Assembly: GCA_040954595.2 (NCBI GenBank) | Contig: CM082591.2 | Location: forward strand, 6,222,266 to 6,286,265 | DNA: 64,000 nt | Direction of reading: 5' to 3' | Origin: Balanoglossus misakiensis | Lineage: Eukaryota > Animalia > Hemichordata | In this document: positions 25,390 through 40,400 of the stretch, piece by piece | Position numbering within the stretch: the first letter of the stretch is position 1 | Layout of the letters: each line of letters begins with the position of its first letter | The notes under the pieces: model-generated | The model's database searches: none | The model's input: the letters and a program-made list of their open reading frames with translations, nothing else | Told to the model about the DNA's origin: nothing | Made by a program: the position numbers and the translations under genes

Positions 25390-28300
25390 TCAATCTATGA
25401 CGGCGTCGGGCAGACACTTCTCGTACAGACACAGGGCTTGGTGGATAAACTCGTACTGTTCGTTGGTTTGGATCATCCCGCCTCTGTGGAAAGTATCACA
25501 AATACTGGGTTCACACACGTGCGTTTGAAACGTTTCTGAAACATCTTAGTCAGCTGCACTTATGAAATAAAATGATGTTACCCTAATAAATTGCAACAAG
25601 AGGTTTCTCAATGGTTTTCTGTAGTATTAAATCCCCTTAAAGGCCTTGCTCAACAGTGGGTCAAATATTTTGTTTCCAATAAACAGTTACGTGCTAACAC
25701 AAAGGCTTGTTTGCCTTCATTGTACTGCACTGGGATCGAGGAAAAGGCCTTTAATAACATTAAATGTGTATGGAGCATAGTGAACAGTGTACCCTCTAAG
25801 CTCAAATGACACGCCACTGACTCAACAAACTCACTGGTGACTCAAGAAAATTATCCACACAACATGCAAAAGTATAGGGCTGACTCAGAGAATTTTTTAC
25901 AAATCCTCAAATTGACCCAAAGCTTAGAAAAATTATGTGTGTTCAAGGGCACACTGATAGTGCTAAAACACATGAGTCGGGATTCTAGATTGGTTTCCTT
26001 CCCCTCCTCTCTACTTACCTATCCAATCGCATCTGGCAGACGATGCCTAGTATATCAACCATACTTTCTTCCTGTAGCTGCCTGACACCGATGCTGATCG
26101 CAATAAAACACCCAGTACGACCAAGACCAGCACTGTCAATACAAAACCACAAAGTATAATGTCATACTGTAAACACTTTATTTTCGCGAGTTGAAATTTT
26201 CGCGATATCGAGAGAGGCTACTGTTCCGCGAGTATTATTTTTCGCGTTCTCTTATTTCATTCACTGCATCGTTATCTTAAAAAAAAATTTACGCGACTTT
26301 TTATTTTCACGCTATTTTGGCTCTCGCGTATTTGGCGAAAATTAATTGCTCGCGAAAATAAAATGTTTTACAGTATATCCACCCTGCAGAATTGCGGTAC
26401 TGCAATCGATGTCTACGGTCATCTTTGGCTGTTATCTATCAGGGTTCTTCTGAACCACTAATGACTTGTTATCAAAGTATACTATCTGTGATAGTCATCA
26501 ACATTTTCACTACCTGCAGAATTGTGGTGCTGGAATTAATGTCTGCCTTTGCAGTTCATTGTTGACTCTTTTTCATCTATACTATTACTATCAGCAATAG
26601 TCATCAAAATTTTCATCATCTCAAATTAATGTGCCAAGCCACAATTTTTTACTTCAGTTCCATTAGCTGCAACGTTTGGCTGTATTTTGCCATTGTTTTG
26701 TTCTGTGTTAGTACTAGTGGTCAATTTTCTTGTTTGAGTCCCAAAATCATCAAAGAATTCCAACAACAATAGGCAGTACACACACATACAGTTTTTATTG
26801 AAGTGCAATATTCTGAATTTAAGCATGTTATAGGGACAAAACAAGAAACTAGCTGATTCAAAGAACAAAACAAAAAGAAAAACTTGAACTAAAAGCACAA
26901 AATTTACAGCTACTGCCCCCCTTTCAACCCTTTCACCACAATGGTCCAGTCAAAAACCATTGTTTTCTATGGTAAGCTTGGACCTCTAAAGAGGGAACCG
27001 GGGGGTGAATGGGTTAAACAAACACAAACAGACCAGCTAAATTGCATTTACCTGCAATGGACTGTCACAGGCCCGATTGGTTCACCGATCTCATCCATAC
27101 GATACCGCTCCACTTCTTCTACTAGCTCTAGCAGCTGTTTCGCGGTGTCTGGCGTTTTGTGATCTGGCCATGCCGTGTACCAAAAGTGCTTCACATGCTT
27201 TGTATCGTCTAAGTACTGTTTGGGAGAAAACAGATTTCAATTCAACAGTTAATTTGACATCTTCATCAAATCTCTTTTCACCCTTTCGCCATAATGGTTC
27301 ACTCCAAACACATTGTTTTCTACGACAACGTCGAACCTCCAAAGAAGGAACTAGGGTTGAAAGAGTTAATTGTTGTCACTATAGAAATCTACTGCCATCA
27401 AACACGTTGAATGATGCAGAAATCTACACACGGTAGCGCCCCCAACAGGTCGCTCAACACTCTTATTTTGTTTTTTAGCATTCATTGCGGTTTTATGTGC
27501 GGACTTGCTTGCTTCACGAATTGTTGTGATAGGTCTGGATTTGAATCCTATAAAATACAAATAGAGTCTTGCCATTCCAAACTACAATCTATGCACATAT
27601 TAGAAGAGGACGATTATTGTATCACAGTGTTTCATTGTATGTATACTTCACTTTACCTTGAGTGTCATATTTCTAAGTATATAGCCGTCCCTTCGAATTG
27701 TGCTGTCCACACAGACTTCAATGTCACCGTAAAACTCCCGTTTATAAGCTGGCCAGTAATGTTCACATTTCACCTGAAGGTAAACCAAAGGGATTACTGG
27801 TTACAGTACAGACGTAAGTACAGACATAAAACTAACGCTGCCAAGTCAGTTGAAACTGGTTTGATTTCCAGAGTGCCTAGAATCCTGGCACCCAGGCCTG
27901 TTAGGCTGCCAAGTGTGTGTTACTCAGTAGGGCCGGTACAAGACCCTCAGACCAAACCAGTGCAAACCAGTACGATTTGGTACATTTTATGAGGGGTTCA
28001 AACTGCCAAATGCATCTAAGTGCTATGAGAGCCATGTCAAGACAGTCAACGTACGTTTTAGAAGAAAAATGGCACATACGTTAATTTAAGGGACTTGACA
28101 CTCTATCTAAACAGGTATGACACCCAGTAGCATTAGGGTTAATACTGTGAAGTTACATTGTAACTTTCTACTTCAGAACAAATAAAACATATAAAAGATT
28201 ACATTAAAGCACTGTATAATTCACTCACCTTATTCCTTTCCTTAAGCTTCGTAATCATAACAATGATAGGTGCGTTTGTAAACCAAATCATCCTCCAGAA

Positions 28301-31300
28301 ATCATTAATGGTATGAGGCATCGCTCCCTGCGTAGCTATGAACGCATTATCTTCCTGATCGTAACCCTGAAATACGAAAGAAGAGACACAGTTTTGAGTT
28401 ATTCTACATACATGAATAAACTCCCCCTTTAAAGGTATACAGTCACCTATGGAAAAATAGCTATAGTTACCATGGCAAATTGAGATCTAGCCAATCACAG
28501 ATTTTCAGTGGGTGGCACACGAGCGCCACCAGATGTTCTATAGAACGCTCAAATACGCCATTTCAGCCATATATGGGTGTATGTAAATTGGTGGTGACTG
28601 TATACCTTTAACCCTTTCACCCCCAGTTCCCTCTTTAGAGGTCGAACCTTACCATAGAAAACAATTGGTTTGGACTGAACCATGGTGGTGAAAGGGTTAA
28701 CCCCCCCCCCCCAAAAAAAAACAACAAAAAACAAACAAACAAACAAACAAACAGAACAAACATAAATCACTTTGAATCAAGCATAGTGATACACCATGGC
28801 CAGGAAAGAGACCAGAACTGGCCATCATGATCAAACATGATCACTCATGTTTTGTTTTTTTATCAGATACAACATCATGAAGTAACAAATATGGCAGACA
28901 CACATTTGATAGTACATGCTTGCACACGTTCTATCATATATCAAATTACATTACATGTAGACTTGTCAATTGCCCTGCAGATATCATTTGACTTTCATAT
29001 GTACAATAATGCGGACACTGTCCCACTTCCTTACCCTGATATAGTTTGCATTGATGTAGGTTGACAGTGGGTCATCGTTTATTTCCGGCAGCACAACCCT
29101 GGTGTGGGGGTTCGGTAGAATGGTCCGATATCGGTTTTTCGTTCCCGACCCCGGAACATCGATGTTTTCCGGATGGTTCATTGGTATATCCTGAGACACA
29201 AAGGAAAAAAAATCTGCATTAATTATCAAAAACATTTTTTTTGATCAAGGGCTGTTGTATTAATTAAAGGGACAAAGTCTCTCTGTCGCTGCCCTTTTTC
29301 CATGAATTATGTTTGATACAAGACACTGTTTATGTTAATGTACATGTGGATATATAGTGAATCAATGATCAACCACACAAAACTTCCATCCCACTTGTAT
29401 GATATGAGAGTAAAAACTCGCCCAAAATGAATAAATGGTAAAGAACGATTATTCATTTTGGCAAGTTTTTTCACTCTCCTGTCTATAAGAGGGATGGAAG
29501 TTGTGTGTGGTTGAACGTTCATTCACTATATATCCACATGTAGAATAACAAACGGTGTCTTGTATCAAATATAATTAATGGAAAAAAGGGCAGCGAGAGA
29601 GAGACTTTGTCCCTTTAATTAACCATTTCATCCCCAGTTCCTTCTACAGAGGTCCAAGTTTACCATGGAAAACAATGGATTTGGGTCAAACCATGGGTGG
29701 TGAAAGGGTTAAAAATTGAAACCTGATAGATGAGAATGCTTGTTCATGATAACATTCATGACTGTAATTTGGTTGAACACATTGAAACAGCATTTTTACA
29801 TGTCTGATAATACTGTATGGGGGTAACACGTAGTTCCTGATCCTGGAAAACTGATCAATTTTTGATAATTCTGCATTAGGGCCCTTTCTGCAACCCGCAA
29901 TTTCAAAAACTCATCAGCCAAACTTCAATAATGTATGAAATACTTTGATGTCATCCCACCAACCTGAAATTTTGCAAAATTTATTCATTAAAATTTGATT
30001 TACGCACAAATTATTCATTTTTATTACAGTGGAAGACAGAAAAATGAAGTCATTACCCTACAAATTCTGCGGTTAATATGCACTTTTACAACTAAAATAT
30101 GTAAGATGTATCAAAAATTAGCCTGGTTATATACACATCAGATCTTGTTTTATCTTGACCAAAATTTACCACAAATTTTATCACCTCAGTCTATCAATAT
30201 ATTACCATGACTGATAGTGGTACAGTCAAACCTGTCTATAGTGGCCAGTCAAGGGACTTTCCTAAACTGGCCTTTATAGACAGGTGGCCAGGTCAATATT
30301 AATATACATGTTAATTGCACAGGGACTGTGACAAAATGGCCACCATATACAGGTGGCCACTAACACAGGTTTGACTGTATCTACAAATGTAGCTTTGCTT
30401 ACCTTTTATACAAGACGTCATGCATTCCTTTACAAGATTTATCAAAAATTATTATCAAATTTATTGAATTACCAGTTTATATGACAGAGTTGTCTGAAAT
30501 GAAGACTTACCCAAAATTCTTCATGAAGAGCTCGCACATTTTTTAAAGAATTTCGTAACTGTTTTCTTGTCATTCTGCTTCCAGCAGACGATAAATACTC
30601 TTCACTTGAACTTGAAGGATAGCAACAGAAAAAGAGTACGACATTCAACTTCGAGTTTCAAGGCAATAATTTTAAAACTTTCTTTTTATCTATTTACAAT
30701 TCATAAGTCAAGATCAAGCCACATGTAATATTTCGAACAAGCTAACCCAGTGTTTTTGCTAAGGTTGGGGAACATTGGTAAATGACGTGGGAGCCATGGT
30801 AACGCTACCTACTATATGACTGCATTGATATACCATGGGGAATTAACCCTGGTAACATTTACCTGGATACCGCCCATAACAAAAACACTATAACAAAACA
30901 AATAACTGAAATTGAATTTGAAAATGACTATCAGTCTTTGCAGTCATTACGTTCTCTGCCAAGACAAAACATTTTTGCACTAACAATTTAGAAATGTTAC
31001 GTGACAGCAAGATGAAGGTGTCTGCCTATAGTAAGTACTGACTTACCTTTCCTTGGGCGGTGTGCCATAGTGGGTGGCGTGGGCTCCACTTCCCTTACCA
31101 TTTAAGTCTATGGTTAACGATGCATTAGATCCCCGTCTGTGAAGAAAAAAGGTAGAATTTTAGCTCTATACACAATGTACATGAAGGGAACATAATCCCA
31201 ACAAGATTGGCGTGTAATATTTTAAATTGGAATCACCATCATACAGACAGACAGACAGACAGACAGACATACATACATACATACATACATACATACATAC

Positions 31301-31434
31301 ATACATACATACATACATACATACATTACATACATACATACATAAAGGAGGGTAGTAGGAGAAACGGAAGGCGGTAAAATCTCTACAACGCTGTTTCGTG
31401 AGTCACTACATACATACATACATACATACATACA

Positions 31435-31467
<33 letters not shown>

Positions 31468-34400
31468 GTATACATACATACATACATACACACACACATA
31501 CATACATACATACATACATACATACATACATACATACATACATACATACATACATACATACATACATACAATACATACATACATACAGACACACAGACAC
31601 ACAGAGTCACTCAGTCGGTTGGTCAGGCAGGCAGTCAGATATTTTACACCAGACAGCGCTCATTGTTTCTGTATTATACGGTACATGCTACACAAATCTT
31701 ACCAGAACGACACACATTCTGTAATCACCAACACACAGCATGTGGTGAGCTACATGTCACAATTTAACCCTTACAGTTACACCCCCAGTTCTCTATTTAG
31801 AGGTCCAACTTTACCATAAAAAACAACGGGTTTGGACTGAACCATGGTGGTGAAAGGGTTAACTTCACCAAGTAGCACCTACTTACGTGTACCTTTTATC
31901 TTTTTATTTATTTATTTTCTGTGTATGTGTTTATCTTTTTTCTCTGTTACCCAGACTTTTCTTGTGGACAAATTTGTCTCGAACAAAGAATACTTATAAA
32001 ACCTACCTTTCCTGTAACCCTTTGATGATTTTGATTGGCTGACTTCTGGCTACCGGTGCGTACATCTGGCCAGATTCCGGCTGGATCATCCTCCCGGACT
32101 TGAATTCCGGTTTGATGGTCGGGTACAAGACGTGAGTGGCTTCTTTCTCCTCTTTCTTCCTCTTCCTTCGTTTCACACAACAATAACAGATCTGCACAAG
32201 TCAAAGATATACCGTAATCACTCCATTAGTTCGGCCAGAAAAAAATGAATACGACACGTGGAAAGACGGACTGATAGAATAAAAATAACATAACATAAAA
32301 ATGGCCGCTCAAAGTTCTTGAATAATTTTCCAGGGGTAGAACACGAAACTGCATTTGAAATCCTGAAAATAAAGCCTAGAGGTACAGCTCATTAATATCC
32401 CTTTAACCCTCCTTTCACCCCAGTTCCATCTTTAGAGGTCCAACCTTACCATAGAAAACAATGGGTTTGGACCGAACCATGGTTGTGAATGGGGACCGAA
32501 GACCTCAGAACTTACCAACGCTAGAAGTAAAACAAGTACTGCAGCCACTGCCCCCACCACATAGGGAAAGTAACTCGTCTCCCAGAATGGTACATTATCA
32601 TACTCGATTGTACGATGCTCCTGCAAGAAAAATGCAATGGAGATAATGTCAATGCACTGGATGGAGTTACATGTACTTGCCTATAAATGCATATGTCCCA
32701 ACTTTGTGGGAAAATGCAAATCATGGCAAAATCAAGGGTTGCTTCGAGAGCCAAATGATGATGGACAATCTTTAGCCTGCCTTAAATGACTTGAAAGTAA
32801 ATGATTCATGAATTATTCTTGAAAATTTGAAATTTCCTAGTTGGAACACTGAAAGGCTGACAATCGTCTAATATGCGCATGTGCCAAACCAGAGACTCTG
32901 TTTACAAAAATTGTATACAGTCAATGCCATAAGGCAGTGTGCTGCCCTAACAACAGACAAGATGGCGGCGACCATAGTCTGTTTCGGAGATCGGGAAAAG
33001 ACAGCAAATTGGGTGAAAAGAAGGGACAAAACTACAGTCTACTTATACAGTGCATGAAATATAGAAGGAAGTGAAAGCAGTCCACTATTTGAATGCATCG
33101 AACACAAAACTTACACAACATTTGGATTGGATGAAATGATAATACACATAAAATTATGTACATGGGCATAAGATAGTCTTGAATTGAAATACGACAGAAT
33201 AGAAAGCAGACTGACCTGAGGTAATACATTGACTACCGAGAATCCCGGAAGTAAACTATTGAGTTTATCTACATCTAATTGACTTCCTACATTGGCCGCT
33301 GGTATAAGATTCTCCTCAATCAGACCTCCCTGTGCTTCACTAATTACATACATGTTGTAAACATTACCCTGTAAATGAGAATATAAAAGTAGATAATTAA
33401 AATAGCAATGACATTATTCTGTTGTTATGCATGTTTATTGTAATTGAACTGTTTGATGCTTGAGCTGTCATCACACGCTTCTTTAAAAGACTTTTCATAT
33501 GCATTATTTCTTCTTGTTAGATGGCCTGATGATGTAAAGTTGTAGAAAATGTTGTGTGGGGCCTACATAAGCATGGTTATGATAATTTGCTGAACATTGT
33601 AAAAATCCATGCATTAACCATTTCACCCCCTTTTCCATCTGTGGAGGTCCAAATACACCTTAATAGTACGAGGGATATAGACCAAACCACAGTGGTGGAA
33701 GGGTTGAAGCCTTCAAAGCCAATATGATACATAATCAACAGGTAGTCAATGTTAAAATATGTCAAAACATTTACCTATTATTTAAATGAATTTGTATTTT
33801 TTTGAAAAATTAAGTTTGTTTGATCATGCACTCTTCCAAAATATAGACAACAATAAAAATTACTCACATGGCTATTTTCTAAAATTATATTTTCTTTCGG
33901 AACTGATAGCGTGGCAGCTAAAGCTGAAAAAAGTACTTCTTTTTGACTACTGTTTAAAACTCTGTTACCACCAACTTCCTGTGAAACGAAGCAGAATAAA
34001 ATATATCATGGTTAATCATGGTGAATTAATTTATCAGATACATAAATTATTTTGCACAGTCACGCATACTGTAGGTACGCTCATACACGTGTACACCATT
34101 TGTAAATATCTGTCTATTGCAGCTAACATTCTGAAGATGGTAGTATGCACATGGTTAGTGAAAGATTCGAACTAGGAGTTGAATCAGTGAGACACAGTTT
34201 CATGTAAAAAGCAGCAAACACAATGAGATTTGGCAAACCACTTTTTTTTCACTAGTTTGCTACCTCACCTACATGATACACCCCATATGTCAGTTTTCAA
34301 TATACTGGGTATGTATCTGTTACAGGCACAAACATCGCACGCACAGCAAGGAAACACACAACACAGACCTGCATGGACAGTGACCATGTTCGTTCACACA

Positions 34401-37400
34401 TTTGAATAATATTAGCCAAATCATCCCGGGATATAACCAGCAAATTCATATTTCCTGCGTTGAACAATGACTGCAATAATTGTGGACATTATGAATAACA
34501 AGAGCCATGTGTCTTCCGAACCCCAGCGATAACAATGGCGCTTATCGTACCAGTATGTACATGTTAATGTCACTTGGAAGCGAAAAGGGCACGCAATAAT
34601 GATTTATGGTGGGGACTACCTAGTACCTGCACTCAAAATTGAAACCAGAGTCATTTTCCTAATATTCACTTATTTTGTATTAGTTTTAAATACAAAACAT
34701 GAATACAAAATCCTTCATTTTCTGTTAAAAAATTGCGAAAAATGCCGAGTCAGCATTTTTCTTGCACTGCCCCACCACAAATGAAGACACCTGCATTTTG
34801 AGCGCAAAATCTCTCTGCTTCTGAACATTTATACCTTCTTATGCCACAAAAAGTGGTACAGATTTTATTGTGCCAACTGCATCGCTCTAAGTAAACTAAA
34901 ACATTTTTATGATAATCGTTCATATGTTTGTATGGAGCAGAACTTTGCAGTAACTGACAATACTGTAAAACACTTTTTTTTCGCGAGTCAAAATTTTCGC
35001 GATATCGAGAGAGGCCACTGTTACGCGAGTATTAATTTTTGCGTTGTTTTGGCTCTCGCGTATTTAGTGTAAATTAAATGCTCGCGAAAATAAAGTGTTT
35101 TACAGTAGATATTGACTTACGCAGTGGACTTTTTTCAGGGCAGAAATAATTGTTTGTGAATGAAAGGTTCAAACTAGGAAACAATACACGATGATAGACG
35201 GGATATGATCAATTTATGACAATGGATGATAAATTATACTTCATTGATATTTAAATAAAACAATTGTTGTAATTCTTACATAATCTAAACTGTCCCATTG
35301 AAAATCACTATGTGGTGGTACAGGCATGTAAAATTTTTTTCTTCATTTTGTGTTTGATTTTAACCCCTTCACCACGTCAATGGTTTGGTCCAAATCTATT
35401 GTTTTCTATGGTAACGTTGGACCACTATAGAGGAAACTGGGGGTGCAAAGGTATGATATGAGAGTAAAAACTCACCCTAAATGAATAAATGGTAGAGAAC
35501 GATTATTCATTTTGGCGAGTTTTTTTCACTCTCATGTCTAAAAGCGGGATGGAAGTCGAATGATGATTCACTATATATCCACATGTAGAATAACATAAAC
35601 GGTGTCTTGTATTAAACATAACTAATGGGAAAAGGGCAGCGAGAGAGAGACTTTGTCATTTTAAGACAAATATGAATTGAATTCAGGGTACATGTACTTC
35701 ATAAATTTTTTTGGCAGAGACAGGTATTTGTAGAAATTATCAATTATGAGTTGTAATTCTGAGATGAAAAGGACAAAAACCCAAAGCCAACCGATGTCAG
35801 TGCAGGACAAACAACTGACAGAAGCCTTTCAAGTTATAACAGAATAGCCAACCTGACAATCTCCATCAGATAATATTGAGTCGCGTTAATTCTAAACAGT
35901 ATACACCAATTCCAGCAGATAGGATTCCACGCAAAGCCTTAGAAAAACCAGATGGCGTGTCGGGTCCCACTTTCATCATTCATTACATGCATGACTTGCC
36001 AGAACACATTTGGCGGAGACAAATTACACGACCACTTTCAGCAGATGAGTAGAAAAGAGTAAAAAAAACGACCCTGTGAAAACACACAAAGTAAATATTC
36101 TCACATCGCCATGGTGATAAATCACAGATGCTCATCTTTTTTGGAGACTGTATCAGAATGAGGCTAGTTAGGGTTCCGTGAAACCATGACGATCACGAAC
36201 ACCATTAATTCGGTTTTCTGTTCAATATGAATAAATGTGACTGTGCATTTGTGTGTGTAAGAATAAGATCACCTGGTACTATTTGAGGAAATTTTTGCCA
36301 CATTTTCATAAATACTGGCAAAAGCATGAGAAAGCAAATGCAGTATGTACATGTATGTATTGAGTCTACTCGAAACGTATGTTACTTTGACATGATTTTC
36401 ATTTTTCTCAGTGTTCTCACGTTACAGAACACTAGTACTGGTAGCATTTATTCTCTGCTCCATGTTTGTATAATGACTCACTAACACAAGCTGGTTGGTT
36501 GGTTGGTTGGTTGGTTGGATGGATGGATGGATGGATGGATGGATGGATACATGTATAGCATGGGATGATGATTCACTGACTGACTTTAAGGCATGCTGGT
36601 CCCCCTTTGCAAAGTGCTTTGAGGTGCCAACATGTCAACAGGGGGTGAATGATTCCCCCCTCCCCAATCCCCCCCCCCCCCCCATCTAGATGCAACACAG
36701 GTAAAGTCCAAACAAAACCCGGAAAAAATTGGAATTGATTGTACAGCAACTTGCCTTATCTTGAAGTCTACCAGCCTTCTTTGGAAAATTCTAACTCAGA
36801 ATATTCAGTACCATATTTTCGGTGAACCCGATCGAAAAGCATCGTCAATGTTTACAAATACAAATTATAGGCGATCGTTTCACTTTTTTTCAAAAGAGGA
36901 ATAAAAAGTTTTACATTTCACGAGGTTTAGCTGTTGCTAACAGCTGGTATAGTTTTTCTATCCAGCTACTTTACAGCGATGCAAATGACATATGTTTATG
37001 ATTTTATCCGGTGGAATTATGAATGAAAAATGGGTGTACCGTATTTTTATGAATGATTGGGGGGGGGGGGGGGAGGGCATATTACTGAGTCACCCGCAGC
37101 TGATGTACTGGCCCTTCCATTGAACAGTCAGGTTTTAATATCGCTGTACAATAAACTCTATTATCAAAGCGTATGAATGGGGGTCCGTGGCATCTGAAAC
37201 GCTGACAATGCAACAGGAAGCCACGACGGGGAGATCACACAACTTGATCTGTACAATTTAATAATCGTTTGTTATCGCCATGGCGATGTATGCACCAATG
37301 GCGTCATGGGCATACATTAACCCCGACCTAGATACCGAGCGTGGTGTAATTTGCCGGCGATGGAAGAATTTTGCGTTTTTTTTAGTGATTAGGAAATACA

Positions 37401-40400
37401 TGTAAAGTACAGATTAAATAGTGTCAGGTGATTTGATGGATTTTTGTTTTGCATATCGACTAATGGCCGACCTGTCATCTTCAGAATGTTTTATTCCGGA
37501 CGCCATAGGAAGAGGGGTGTACACCCCTTCACACAGCTTTCCTTCTGGGGAGGTTTGGAATCATTTACATGTAGATGGATGTGAAAAACAGTAACTTGAT
37601 CTGTGAAAAAATCACTCTCATCTCAAGGAACCGTGATTTCCCTGTTACAGTTCAGCTTGTAAAACATTGTGTACATCCCACTATTCGATGGTCCAGATGA
37701 AACACTATTTCTGAATCAAACCCATGTATAAAGTACCAGTGTGTGGGGATATACTGACGATAGTCAAGCCACAGTAACTAATTACTGTAAAACACTTTAT
37801 TTTCGCGAGTTAAATTTTTCGCGATATCGAGAGAGGCCACTGTTTCGCGAGTATTAATTTTCGCATTCTCTTATATCATTCACTGCATCGTTATCTTCAA
37901 AAACAATTTACGCGACTTTTTATTTTCACGCTATTTTGGCTCTCGCGTATGTGGCGAAAATTAATTGCTCGCGAAAATAAAGTGTTTAACAGTATATAGA
38001 AAATGAGGAGGATTTGAACAATGGCATAGATTCTACCCAGCAACTCGGCGGCCATAACTAATGACCCCATCTAATTACCATAATTCATGATGCAATACCA
38101 TACTTCATGAAATACAGTTCAAAATTGCAATAAATAATATTCTCCAGGTAGGGTTTTTTCTACACAGATTTTTAACTTCTTGTATGGAGTGCTAGGGTTG
38201 TAACAACTTAATGATTGATATGCCTACGAATAGATTATTGTAGTATAGTAATTAACATACCTGGTATATAGTTATGATGTCAACAAATCTTGCTTATTTT
38301 GTTCTAAGACTAAAAAGTGGCCTTCACAGAAAAATATACTACTTTATGTTAGAATAAGTTTTCATAGTAACAATATTACTGTAGAACATGCAATATGCTA
38401 ATTTAATGGAAAATAATCATAAAACAAGAAAATATTCAGTGATAGTCAGAACAACATATGGTTTCATTGTAGGAGAAATCAAACACAATTCTATTTAACT
38501 GTTAATATTTATTTAGAGCATTCTAAAAAAAAAAAATTCCCCATAGATAAGGTCAATGACATGCCTGGAGAAAAATACAATTTATGTAATTTCATTACTT
38601 CCATAATTAATTCCAAAAAAATCAATGATTTTCTGTTATTTCATTCTTTTGTAATTTTGCACTTACTTCCATTAATTAATATTCTTGTATCGTGTAGAGG
38701 AATTTGGCTTTCAGTTCTGTTCAATTATTGAGTGCGTGGGTGAATCTGACCTCCCACTCACAGTTTGGCAATAACATTTCTCCTTGTGAATTTCACGTGA
38801 CTGAGCCAAAAAACGTGATAATAAATAGCACGAAAGAACAATGCGTACAATAGTTTTATTCGGAGATAAAAGAACGCGAAAATTAATCCTTGCGGAATAG
38901 TCCCCTCTGTTGATATCGCGAAAATTTCCAGTTGCTAAAATTTCAGTATTCTGCTGATGCTAATGCTATTTGAGTCTTCCGTTTACAACAATTTGTAACA
39001 AACACGACATTGAACTCCGAAGTGTACTAGTACACACTGCGCGACCTCTGCAGCACTTTGCTGTCATTTCCACGAAAGCAACTACTGTAAAACACTTTAT
39101 TTTCGCGAGCGATAAATTTTCCCGAAATACGCGAGAGCCAAAATAGCGCGAAAATAAAACGTCGTGTAAATTTCTTTTGAAGATAACGACGCAGTGAATG
39201 AAATAAGAGAAAATTAATACTCGCGAAACAGTGGCCTTTATCGCGGAAATTTCAACTCGCGAAAACAAAGTGTTTTACAGTAATCAAATATGACTGTAAA
39301 AGTATCGAGTACTCGGATTCAGAAAGCGCTCTTAAAAAATTCCATTTGAGATTTTTTTCTTCCGTATTTTATCTGCAGTAAGGCAACAATGTGACAGTGA
39401 TTACAGAGTGCATTTCACCTCCCATGGGATTTAATCATTAATGCCTCCAGTGTATTCAACCTTGGACGCAAACAATGATTCCAGGTCATATTGGTTCAAG
39501 TACACATTTCGATTTATATGTAGCTTTTATTGAAAAGATGAAGCCATTTTATCCTATTGATGAGGCACATCATAAAAGATATGGCACAGATTTTTATGGA
39601 ATTGTGAAATTCTCAGGAACTCTGATTTCATTATAAATTTAAAAATGCCATTTTACACGTCAACTGACATTTTTAAATGATAAAACAAATTTACTACCGG
39701 CATTTCATCAAAATAACTGTAATAAGTAATCAGACTGTTATATCTAAGTCACAAACTCAGGGCTTTGGTTCTGTCACGAACTGATGTAATCAAAATTTAC
39801 CACCAATATTTATTTTTTTAAATGTTTATCCATTACAGAGATCTAAAGATCACCGCAGAGATAGAAAAAGAAAGTACAGCTCTGTTTGGAATGGAACACA
39901 TCCTGTCATGTGTTCTGTTTCTAACTGACAGGTATCCATGGCGATAATCACACCATCACCATTGTCCCAGGCCACCCTTCACTGCAATCTCTTCCCTCGG
40001 CCACTTGACAAACACAATCAATCAAACTGTTTTCTCACCTGTCAGGAAATGCAATTAACGCACGCGAGGTTGAAATTTCTCCAAAGCGGGAGGCAAATAG
40101 AACATCTCCAAAGTGCCACTGATTTGAGGGCAATGTGTTCTAAAGATGTGTTAAAAGCATTAAAGCCTCTAGAGCTGCCACTTTTCGCGTTATTTTCATG
40201 ATTTCAGTTTCCAACTTAGATTGGTATGTACGAAATAAGCTTACTGATAGGTATACATGAATCGACGCCCGATTGTGACTGCATGTTGCAATTTGAACAC
40301 GATATGTATTAAATAGGTGGCGCACCGATTTAATCAGCCTACATACAAACAGTACGCAGCTATCATGGTATGTGTCGCCAAGAGATGACAAACTGATGCA

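Noticed and set aside
27411-27992. 193-aa plus-strand ORF
   Set aside because: Antisense to PTP exon/intron sequence, no recognisable domain
31222-31819. MYVC/HTYI repeat ORFs
   Set aside because: (ATAC)n microsatellite
34369-34470. Possible extra PTP exon ([10 protein letters not shown]...SMQ|GT)
   Set aside because: Weak donor and no family similarity; the ectodomain pattern is continuous without it. Cannot be excluded as an alternative first exon
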